This document shows, piece by piece, positions 40,314 to 48,311 of a DNA stretch of 64,000 bases. Both the position numbers and the translations under genes were made by a program. The DNA comes from Candidatus Doudnabacteria bacterium RIFCSPHIGHO2_12_FULL_48_16. Its GTDB lineage: Bacteria > Patescibacteriota > Doudnabacteria > UBA920 > O2-02-FULL-48-8. Positions within the stretch are counted from its first letter, which is position 1; the number at the start of each line of letters is the position of its first letter. Location: the NCBI GenBank assembly GCA_001780035.1, contig MFEY01000007.1:123155-187154 (forward strand), written 5' to 3'. The notes under the pieces are model-generated. The model saw nothing but the letters and a program-made list of their open reading frames with translations. It did not search any database and was not told the DNA's origin.

Positions 40314-41018
40314 ATGACTAAACCCACGCAAGGCCCAGAGTACGCCTACTTCACGGTCGCGGACTACGACAAGACGCCGGCGCTTGTCGAGTTCGCCCGG
40401 CAGGTCGCCAAGGTGGTGCCGCTACTGTCGTCCAACGGCACGGCCCGCTACCTGCGGGAGGCCGGATTGCCCGTGACGTCGGTCACCGAGATCATCAAGC
40501 ACTCGATCGCACACCGGCTGGCCAATGCGAACGGAGCACCGGCTGCGGTGCTCAAGTTCGAGGAAGGCCGTAAGATCATCGACTGGACAGCCGAGGTGCT
40601 GTCCGAGTATGATCTGCTCAACGGCCGGATCAAGACGCTGCGGCCCGAGTGCATGGGCCCCATCCTGGCCGCACCGGATCAGATCGGCGAACTGCAGCGC
40701 CTCGGCATGTGTCGGATCGTGCTCAACCGCACCAGCTTCTACGCCTTCCGGCGCGAAGTCCAGCGCGACGGCAGCACCCTGAAGTCGATCCGCCAGAAGC
40801 TCGACATCGGCGGCCCCACCGGCATCATGTGCACGATCAAGGCGGATGGCCTGCCGATCATCTTCGCCGAAGACCACGATGAGGTGCTCCAGTATCTCTG
40901 GAGCGACCGAATCAACGACGAGTTCCGGCGCCGGATGCAGAGAAAGGCAGCGTGGCACGTCGCGGACTACTACCAGCAGGTCGCCCGCTGGCTGACCGAG
41001 ATCCCGATGCCCGCGTAG
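40314..41018 (+). CDS. stand-alone PurH N-terminal (IMP cyclohydrolase/MGS-like) domain, divergent
   Basis: DKT, SSNGTA.YL, GRIKTL.P, DIGGPT. Confidence 0.75.
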   Translation: MTKPTQGPEYAYFTVADYDKTPALVEFARQVAKVVPLLSSNGTARYLREAGLPVTSVTEIIKHSIAHRLANANGAPAAVLKFEEGRKIIDWTAEVLSEYDLLNGRIKTLRPECMGPILAAPDQIGELQRLGMCRIVLNRTSFYAFRREVQRDGSTLKSIRQKLDIGGPTGIMCTIKADGLPIIFAEDHDEVLQYLWSDRINDEFRRRMQRKAAWHVADYYQQVARWLTEIPMPA

Positions 41019-41112
41019 CCACAGATGCGCAACACGGTCTGGCTGATTGTTCTCCCCTTCAACCGGGAAAACCTCAGTCCAGACCGTGCCTCACTTTTTT
41101 TATAAGTTAAAT

Positions 41113-42501
41113 TTATAACTGCGCCAAGCGTTCCGCCAGCCCCAGATAGTTTTCCGGGGTGATTTTTTTGAGCTCGGCTTTGATCTTAGGCTTTATGTCC
41201 AGTTGGTCGATAAATTTATAAATATCCTTGAGGACAAGGGTTTTGCCGCGGGTTAATTCTTTTAATTTTTCATACGGCATTCTTTTCCCTTCGCGGCGCA
41301 GGATGGTCTGAATGGCTTCCGCAATCACCTCCGGATGCTTATTTAAATCTTCCCGCATCTTGGTTTTGTTCACCACAATCCGGGCAAGTTGGTTGTTCAA
41401 ATATTTAAAACCTATCAAGCTGTGCCCGAATGCGGTACCTATACTTCGCAAAACCGTAGAATCGGATAAATCTCTTTGTAGGCGTGAAATGGGAAGCTTG
41501 CGCGCAAAAAATTCAAATAAAGCATTAGCTGTTCCTAAATTTCCTTCGCTGTTTTCCAAAAACCAGGGGTTAATTTTATGCGGCATGGTCGAGGAGCCGA
41601 CCTCGCCTGCCACAGACTGCTGGGCGATCCAATCGTCGCTGATATAACGCCACACATCCTGATTGAAACCGATTAAAATAAAATTGATTCTCCTTAGCAT
41701 ATCAAACAATTCAACAAAGCTGTCATAGGGCTCTATTTGCGTCGTAAACAAATTGATCTCCATTTTTACCTTCCTGAATTGAGCTATTCCCTTGATGAAT
41801 TTTTTGGAAAAATTTACCCAGTCAATCCGTGGATATGCCGCATGGAGCGCGTTGTAATTGCCGGTTGCGCCATTTAATTTTGCCAAAAGAACATGGTTTT
41901 TGATTTGGCCTATTTGGCGACTCAATCTTTCTTCAAATATCTTGAATTCCTTGCCGAAGGTCGTAGGCGAGGCCGGTTGCCCGTGAGTGCGGGCAAGCAT
42001 CGGGATATTTTTATTATCCTTAGCCAGTTTGCCGATTTTTTTGGCAATTTCTTCCAGTGCCGGTAAATAAACTTCTCTCATACTTTCCCCTATCATAAGC
42101 GTATAAGCGGTATGCGTGGCATCCCAGGTGGTTAGGCCAAAATGCGTGAACTCCAAAATATCTTTTAGGCTTGTTTTTCCGAGTTTTTCTTTTATAAAGT
42201 ATTCCATCGCCTTAAAATCGTGATTGGTGGCTTTTATTTCCTTGTATCCCTTAAGTTCAATGTCACTAATAATTTGCGCGTCTTTTATTGAAAAGTTTTC
42301 ATATAAATTTCTTAACAACTTTTTTTCTTTTGCACTTAATTTTCGCATTCCTACCCCTCTTGTTTCTGATAAAGCAATCAAATATTCACACTCCATAAGA
42401 ACCTTGTATTTCATAGAGGCTGACTCGCTGAAATAAGGAGCTAGGTCCTTCGTGTATTTTTCGTATCGTCCGTCTAATGGCGAAATTGAATTTAACGGCA
42501 T
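41113..42501 (-). CDS. purB: adenylosuccinate lyase
   Basis: SPLDGRY, RTHGQPA, GSSTMPHKINP. Confidence 0.97.
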   Translation of the reverse strand: MPLNSISPLDGRYEKYTKDLAPYFSESASMKYKVLMECEYLIALSETRGVGMRKLSAKEKKLLRNLYENFSIKDAQIISDIELKGYKEIKATNHDFKAMEYFIKEKLGKTSLKDILEFTHFGLTTWDATHTAYTLMIGESMREVYLPALEEIAKKIGKLAKDNKNIPMLARTHGQPASPTTFGKEFKIFEERLSRQIGQIKNHVLLAKLNGATGNYNALHAAYPRIDWVNFSKKFIKGIAQFRKVKMEINLFTTQIEPYDSFVELFDMLRRINFILIGFNQDVWRYISDDWIAQQSVAGEVGSSTMPHKINPWFLENSEGNLGTANALFEFFARKLPISRLQRDLSDSTVLRSIGTAFGHSLIGFKYLNNQLARIVVNKTKMREDLNKHPEVIAEAIQTILRREGKRMPYEKLKELTRGKTLVLKDIYKFIDQLDIKPKIKAELKKITPENYLGLAERLAQL

Positions 42502-42510
42502 AATTTTATC

Positions 42511-43482
42511 TTATCTTTGTATTTCGTATTTTTTTAAACTATTTTTAATTCTTTGCTCTATTGGTTCTTGAATATTTGCCTCAAATTTTCTACCGAGCAT
42601 TTTCTCATATATTTCTATATAGCGGGAAGCGAGCTCAACTATCATATCTGGAGGCACTTCCGGCAAAACCTTGTCTTTATACGGGTCACATTTACCCTTA
42701 AACCATAAGCGCAAAAACTCTTTATCAAAATATTCTGGTTCCTCTCCATTATTGAACCTCTCCTCATAACTTTTTAGCATCCACCAACGTGCGCTGTCAG
42801 GCGTGTGTATCTCATCAATAAGGACAAGGTTGTTATTTTCATCTAAACCAAATTCATATTTTGTATCAACCATAATAAATCCTCGATCGGCTGATATTTC
42901 CTGGCCTCTTTTGAAAAGTGCCAATGATGTGTCTGAAACTTTTTTTAGTATATCTGTTGTCAATAGTCCTTCATCAACAATCTCTTTCGGGGTCAAACTT
43001 CTGTCGTGCTCTTCAAGTTTGGTAGTAAAGGTTAAGACGGTCTCTTTAAGTTTCTCATTTTTACGGAGCCCTTCGGGTAAAATAAAATTTCCAAAATCTC
43101 TTTTTCCTTTTTGATAATGGGTCCAGAGCGAGGTATTAGTAGATCCTGTAATATATGCCCTTGGAATTATTTCTATGGGGACAATTTTATATTTCTTTGC
43201 CACTAAAACATTAGGATCAGGGTATTCTAAAACATGATTAGGAATAATATCTTTTGTTGCATCAAACCAGTATCTGCTGGTTTCAGTTAGAATTTGCCCC
43301 TTAAAAGGTATGTGCGCGATTATTCGATCAAATGAAGAATGACGATCGGTCGAAATCAAAATTAGTTTGTCGCCCAAATCATAAATGTCTCTGACCTTAC
43401 CCGTCCTTTTTGGACCAAGCGCTGACAGATTGGTCTCCCTTAAAACATTATTAATATTTTGAGCGATGATTTTTTTTTCCAT
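42511..43482 (-). CDS. purC: SAICAR synthetase
   Basis: GKVRDIY, DTKYEFG, DEIHTPDS, DKE..R. Confidence 0.96.
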   Translation of the reverse strand: MEKKIIAQNINNVLRETNLSALGPKRTGKVRDIYDLGDKLILISTDRHSSFDRIIAHIPFKGQILTETSRYWFDATKDIIPNHVLEYPDPNVLVAKKYKIVPIEIIPRAYITGSTNTSLWTHYQKGKRDFGNFILPEGLRKNEKLKETVLTFTTKLEEHDRSLTPKEIVDEGLLTTDILKKVSDTSLALFKRGQEISADRGFIMVDTKYEFGLDENNNLVLIDEIHTPDSARWWMLKSYEERFNNGEEPEYFDKEFLRLWFKGKCDPYKDKVLPEVPPDMIVELASRYIEIYEKMLGRKFEANIQEPIEQRIKNSLKKYEIQR

Positions 43483-43487
43483 AAAAT

Positions 43488-44507
43488 TTATTTTAAATTT
43501 ACCTGACCAGTTCCCTTAATAACTTTACCTATTTCATAAGTATCTATACCAAATTTTTGTAAGTGTTTTTTTATTTCTTCCGCATAATTTTCTTTTACCA
43601 CGGCAGTTATGCCCACCCCCATATTAAAAGTTCGGAACATGTCAGCGTCTTCCAATTTACCGAATTTTTTCAAAATTCGGAATATTTGTAAAACTTTTAT
43701 CTTTTTTACATCAATAACGGCGTTTAAATTTTTTGGCAAAATTCGATTTAAATTTTCTTTTATGCCACCACCTGTTATATGCGCTAAACCTACCAATCCT
43801 TTATTTCTAAATAAACCCTTCAAACTATTATAATAACATCGGTGGGGTATCAATACATTTTTAATAAAAAATTTTCCGCCTATTTTCTCTTTAAGTATTT
43901 TAGGGTTTTGTTCTATTATTTTTCTAACCAACGAAATACCGTTTGTGTGTAGGCCATTTGATGCAAGGGCAAGCACCGTATCGCCTTCTTTTATTTTTGA
44001 ACCATCAATAATTAGATCTTTTTCAACAACACCCACAACATTTGCTGTAAGTATATAAGTTCCATTGGGTACAACTCCAGGTTGTTCAGAGGTCTCTCCT
44101 CCCGTTAACAAGCAGCCATTTTCTTTACACGCTTTAGTTAACGAAGAAACAATCTTTAAAATAACATCTTTTTCCATTTTTCCACAAACAATGCAATCTT
44201 GGACAGAAAGCGGATGGGCGCCCATTACAATAGCATCATTTATCAAATGACCCACAAGATCATAACAAAGCGTCTCTATACTGTTATTTTCTAGGGCTAA
44301 TTTTTGTTTTGTCCCAGGTTCTTCTGTTTTAAAAACTAAAACCGGATGCTTATATTCAGGAAAAGTTGCATCATAAAGCGTCGCAAAAGCCCCAACTCTA
44401 TTTAGTACTTTTTTATTTTGCACTCTCATAACTTTTGCTATATTGCTTTTGGTGCTGTTGGCAACGTCAATATCAACTCCTGAATTTTTATAAGATAATT
44501 TTTGCAT
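43488..44507 (-). CDS. purM: AIR synthetase
   Basis: Y..SGVD, GGET, SNGLHTNG, HITGGG, TFNMG. Confidence 0.95.
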   Translation of the reverse strand: MQKLSYKNSGVDIDVANSTKSNIAKVMRVQNKKVLNRVGAFATLYDATFPEYKHPVLVFKTEEPGTKQKLALENNSIETLCYDLVGHLINDAIVMGAHPLSVQDCIVCGKMEKDVILKIVSSLTKACKENGCLLTGGETSEQPGVVPNGTYILTANVVGVVEKDLIIDGSKIKEGDTVLALASNGLHTNGISLVRKIIEQNPKILKEKIGGKFFIKNVLIPHRCYYNSLKGLFRNKGLVGLAHITGGGIKENLNRILPKNLNAVIDVKKIKVLQIFRILKKFGKLEDADMFRTFNMGVGITAVVKENYAEEIKKHLQKFGIDTYEIGKVIKGTGQVNLK

Positions 44508-44508
44508 A

Positions 44509-45348
44509 TTATTTATTCATATAGTCCATTCCGACTGTTTCAAAAATCTGTTTAAAGTTCTTTAAAATTGTTTTCTTGCCATTATCAAAACACACTATGA
44601 ATTGAAAATAGGCACTTGGAAGATATGGTTTGTTCAAATCTTCTAGCCTTGATTCTACAATAAAAGCGCAAGTTCTAGGGATCTCAAAATTTTCAGTATC
44701 TATCAGGTGTATACGCTTGTTCTTCAGGATTTCTTTTATTTTTTTAAAAGTATCTCCTGTAATAATATTACCTTCTGATGACCCCGTAATTGAATGTCCA
44801 AGGTTTATAGATTGATTAGGGTCAGAACTTATTGTCACCCATTTAGTCTTTCTAAATTTGTTTTGAAATAAATTTTTAGCGAATAAGCACAAATCAGAAA
44901 TTTTTATTCCCACCTCTACGTGTTTAGCAATTTCAAATATACTAGTGTAAACATTTTTTAAATGCTGTTTTATTTCTTCGTTGTCTCCTCTGTATATTGT
45001 AAACCCTATATCTCCCATCATTCCGGTCTTTCTATCGACTGGGGAAAAATATATGCTTCCCACCGTTTCTTTTTTAAAAATTGATGTTTCGCTCGGCCAA
45101 TAGATTGGATTCCTTAAGCTGTCGTATTTGAGGCGCTCAAAAGGACTTTCGTCAAATAAAACACTTGCCCCTCCTGGTGGCGGGTCATACCAACCATTTG
45201 GGAAAATGCTTTCATAATTAGACATTTTAGAAACAATTAACTTATGTATCTCAATTTCAGAAACATTATCAATACTCGACAAAGATTGAGCAGCTATTTC
45301 TGCAGAGATTTTTCTAGTTTGAATTACTGCATCAATCAAACTTATCAT
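44509..45348 (-). CDS. M24 (pita-bread) fold-like protein
   Basis: GDIGFT, GHSI, F.VESR spacing. Confidence 0.6.
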   Translation of the reverse strand: MISLIDAVIQTRKISAEIAAQSLSSIDNVSEIEIHKLIVSKMSNYESIFPNGWYDPPPGGASVLFDESPFERLKYDSLRNPIYWPSETSIFKKETVGSIYFSPVDRKTGMMGDIGFTIYRGDNEEIKQHLKNVYTSIFEIAKHVEVGIKISDLCLFAKNLFQNKFRKTKWVTISSDPNQSINLGHSITGSSEGNIITGDTFKKIKEILKNKRIHLIDTENFEIPRTCAFIVESRLEDLNKPYLPSAYFQFIVCFDNGKKTILKNFKQIFETVGMDYMNK

Positions 45349-45350
45349 TT

Positions 45351-45866
45351 CTATTTCTCCAAATATTTTTTGTATCCGACTTTCAGAAGTTTTTCGCCTT
45401 TGGCCTCCGTATCTTTTGCCAATTTCTTTTTATAAGCAATCAGTTTGTTTTCCAGAGTTTTGTCGTTTGTAGCGAGAATTTGGACAGCCAAGAGCCCCGC
45501 ATTTTTACCGGCATTGATACCGACGGTTGCCACCGGCACGCCGGGCGGCATTTGCGCCGTCGATAAGAGCGAATCAAGCCCGTCCAAAGTCTTCGCTTTG
45601 GTTGGAACTCCAATGACTGGTAGTGTCGTCAGAGACGCCACTACCCCGGCCAAATGCGCCGCGCCGCCCGCGCCAGCAATAAAGACCCTTATATTGTGCT
45701 TATTCGCGCCCTTGGCCAGCTGATACACATAGTCTGGGCTCCGATGGGCGGAGGCAACGGTCATATTGTAAGGCACCCCAAATTCCTCTAGGATTTTCGC
45801 ACTTTCAACGAATACTTCAATATCCGTATCCGAGCCCATAATTATACCTACCGATACTTCTTTCAT
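45351..45866 (-). CDS. purE: N5-CAIR mutase/AIR carboxylase
   Basis: IMGSD, SAHR, AG.AAHL.G, MPPGVPVA. Confidence 0.97.
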   Translation of the reverse strand: MKEVSVGIIMGSDTDIEVFVESAKILEEFGVPYNMTVASAHRSPDYVYQLAKGANKHNIRVFIAGAGGAAHLAGVVASLTTLPVIGVPTKAKTLDGLDSLLSTAQMPPGVPVATVGINAGKNAGLLAVQILATNDKTLENKLIAYKKKLAKDTEAKGEKLLKVGYKKYLEK

Positions 45867-45924
45867 ATTTTTATCCTATCATTTTGGTTTTAATAATTCA
45901 ATCGCTTTTTTACCGAGCGGCTTT

Positions 45925-46449
45925 TCATAGGTTATTCAAAATAAAATCCCGGCGCTTACTGGGAGTCGAGAGCGGTACGGCTATCACATTAAGTCCCAGA
46001 TCGGCGTAAACCTGTCCCAGCAGGCCGTGAATCTGCGCCGCTTCCTCGGCCGTTTCGGTCCTGGCGTGATCTGCGGCAAATGCCACGGGTTCGAGCAAAA
46101 ACACTTTTTTATAGCGGCAGCTCTCAATCAGCTGCTGCTCCGCTGGGGTGGGGCGAATATTCAAAAATTTGTAATAAGCCAGAGAGTCGGGAATACCGCG
46201 GTCAAAAAAAATCTGTTCGGCGGCTGCCAGGCTCTGTTCCAACTGATTTTTTAACTGCAAAATATGCCGCTGAAAGGCCGCCTCGTCCGCCCGAATCTGC
46301 CGCAGGGTTAATCCGCGCTTTAGCTCTTGTTCAATAAAAATACGGGCCGCTTCATGCTCCACGCGAAATCCCCGGTGCTCGATCAGTTCCAATACCGTAG
46401 TTTTGCCGCTGGACGGCCCCCCCGTAATTACATACCAATTGTTGGTCAT
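45925..46449 (-). CDS. NadR-like/AAA_28 P-loop protein
   Basis: ITGGPSSGKTT, DRGIPD..AY. Confidence 0.85.
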   Translation of the reverse strand: MTNNWYVITGGPSSGKTTVLELIEHRGFRVEHEAARIFIEQELKRGLTLRQIRADEAAFQRHILQLKNQLEQSLAAAEQIFFDRGIPDSLAYYKFLNIRPTPAEQQLIESCRYKKVFLLEPVAFAADHARTETAEEAAQIHGLLGQVYADLGLNVIAVPLSTPSKRRDFILNNL

Positions 46450-46502
46450 GGATAAAAAAATTAAACGCGGGGGGGAGCCAGATTCGCTGACTCCACCACC
46501 CT

Positions 46503-47480
46503 CTACACCCTGACCACTTGCCGCTGCCATTGCCGCACGATGTCGGAGAAAGCGCCGCCTTGCGACAGTAACTCCTCCGTTTCCGGGCTGGCCAACAAAC
46601 CAGCCGGTTGCGTCCAGCAGCGGAACCCAACCGAGGGTTCGGGCAGGTCGTTCGCCTTGGCGCCGGTGGGATTGAACCAGAGGAACGGCACGCCGCAATT
46701 CTGGGCCAATCCGCCATCTTTGCGCCAATCGTCGCCGCACATCACGGTGTGCGACCGCATGTCTTCGGTCACCGCCTGATCGAGGCGCAGCCCGCGGATC
46801 CTGGCCCACTGCTTGTGAACCAGCGTCATCAGAAACGGGCTCGGCTTGACCCGACGGTGGGACTCAATCTCGCCCATACCCCGCAGGTCGTCGTCGCTGA
46901 GCATGATCGGCGGCACCGGCAGACCCCACGAACAGAAGGTCCGACGGATGAACTGCTCGTGGCCGGAAGAGATGATGGCAACCAGGATGTCGACATCATG
47001 GTGGCGGTTGAGCCAACTGATCGCATCCAGGAAGCTCGCCAAGCCCGAACACTGCTGCGGCCAGCAACTGCCGTTGTCCATCTGGGCTCCAACCTGCTCC
47101 ATCAGGTAGCTGAGCTTGAGCCGCACCAGCAGCTCGGTAATCGCACCGGCCGGGGCATTGTCGTCCCATTCAAGCGATAGGCCCTTGCCCGCTGGCACGC
47201 AGTTGCCCAAGCGGTGAACGTGCCGTTCGTGGAACGCCCGGGCTGAATCGACTAGATTGTCAAACGGCCCCTCGCTCAGCATGTGCTGAATCAGTTCGCC
47301 CGGCGTGCGGTTTTGCAGGCCGCCCACCCGGTCGAAAACCTCGGGACCTTGGGCTCCGAACAGTTCGCTGACCGCATTCTGATACGCTTCGGTTACGCCA
47401 AGTCCCCCCGGACCCGGTTTGAAGGTATCAGCCACGGTCCCGTCGAAATCCATGACGACGAGATAGTCGGCTGTAGTCAA
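46503..47480 (-). CDS. HAD-superfamily hydrolase (GC-rich)
   Basis: DFDGT, SSG, KP.P, GDD..KD; GAGGAGG SD before TTG. Confidence 0.82.
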   Translation of the reverse strand: MTTADYLVVMDFDGTVADTFKPGPGGLGVTEAYQNAVSELFGAQGPEVFDRVGGLQNRTPGELIQHMLSEGPFDNLVDSARAFHERHVHRLGNCVPAGKGLSLEWDDNAPAGAITELLVRLKLSYLMEQVGAQMDNGSCWPQQCSGLASFLDAISWLNRHHDVDILVAIISSGHEQFIRRTFCSWGLPVPPIMLSDDDLRGMGEIESHRRVKPSPFLMTLVHKQWARIRGLRLDQAVTEDMRSHTVMCGDDWRKDGGLAQNCGVPFLWFNPTGAKANDLPEPSVGFRCWTQPAGLLASPETEELLSQGGAFSDIVRQWQRQVVRV

Positions 47481-47531
47481 ATTGGGTCCTCCTCTAAAAT
47501 CCTTCGCGAACGCAAAATTAAATTAGCTGAT

Positions 47532-48308
47532 CTACCGGTGCTGAAAATATCTGACGGCGTTTTGAAACAATTGTAAACCCGGACCATCTTTCGGCAGCGC
47601 CCGGCCGGCGCGCAAGTGTTCTTCCTTCAGCCTAGTCCAGTGCGGCAGCTGGGTAAAACTGATCGCCCGCTCCGGGTGGGGCATGAGCCCCAGGACTCTT
47701 CCTTCATATGATAAAACAGCGGCAATGTTATTCAAAGAGCCGTTCGGGTTAGCCGGCAAATCTTCGCGCCGGCAAATATCCCCTTTGGCGTAAGTCGCGG
47801 CAATCCGCTGCGCTTTTTTGAGCTGGTTTAAGGTTTTGGGCTCGGCAAAATATTTGCCCTCACCGTGGGCAATGGGCACAGATAGCATGTTGATACCGGC
47901 CAACCAGGGACTTTTGCCTTCAATCTTGATATCGACCCAGCGGTCGATATAGCGGGCCGAATCATTGAACACCAAAGCGCCCGGCAGCAAACCGAGGTTG
48001 GTTAAAATCTGAAATCCGTTGCAAATGCCAATGACCAACTTGTCCGATTCGACAAATGTCTGCAGCTCGCCGGATAAATGATTTTTAAATTTATTGGCAA
48101 AGGCCTTGCCCGAACCGGTGTCGTCCCCAAATGAAAATCCGCCCGGCACGGCCAGGATCTGATAGTTTTTCAGTTTCTTAATGCCGCGGATTAGATCATT
48201 CAAATGCACGATCTCGGCGCTGCCGCCGGCTCGTTCAAAGGCAAACGCCGTTTCTTCTTCGCAATTGAGTCCGTATCCGGACAAAACCAAAATTCTGGGC
48301 TTGAGCAT
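47532..48308 (-). CDS. purQ: FGAM synthase glutaminase subunit
   Basis: GGFSFGD, GICNGFQ, AHGEG, MPHPER. Confidence 0.96.
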   Translation of the reverse strand: MLKPRILVLSGYGLNCEEETAFAFERAGGSAEIVHLNDLIRGIKKLKNYQILAVPGGFSFGDDTGSGKAFANKFKNHLSGELQTFVESDKLVIGICNGFQILTNLGLLPGALVFNDSARYIDRWVDIKIEGKSPWLAGINMLSVPIAHGEGKYFAEPKTLNQLKKAQRIAATYAKGDICRREDLPANPNGSLNNIAAVLSYEGRVLGLMPHPERAISFTQLPHWTRLKEEHLRAGRALPKDGPGLQLFQNAVRYFQHR

Positions 48309-48311
48309 GAA

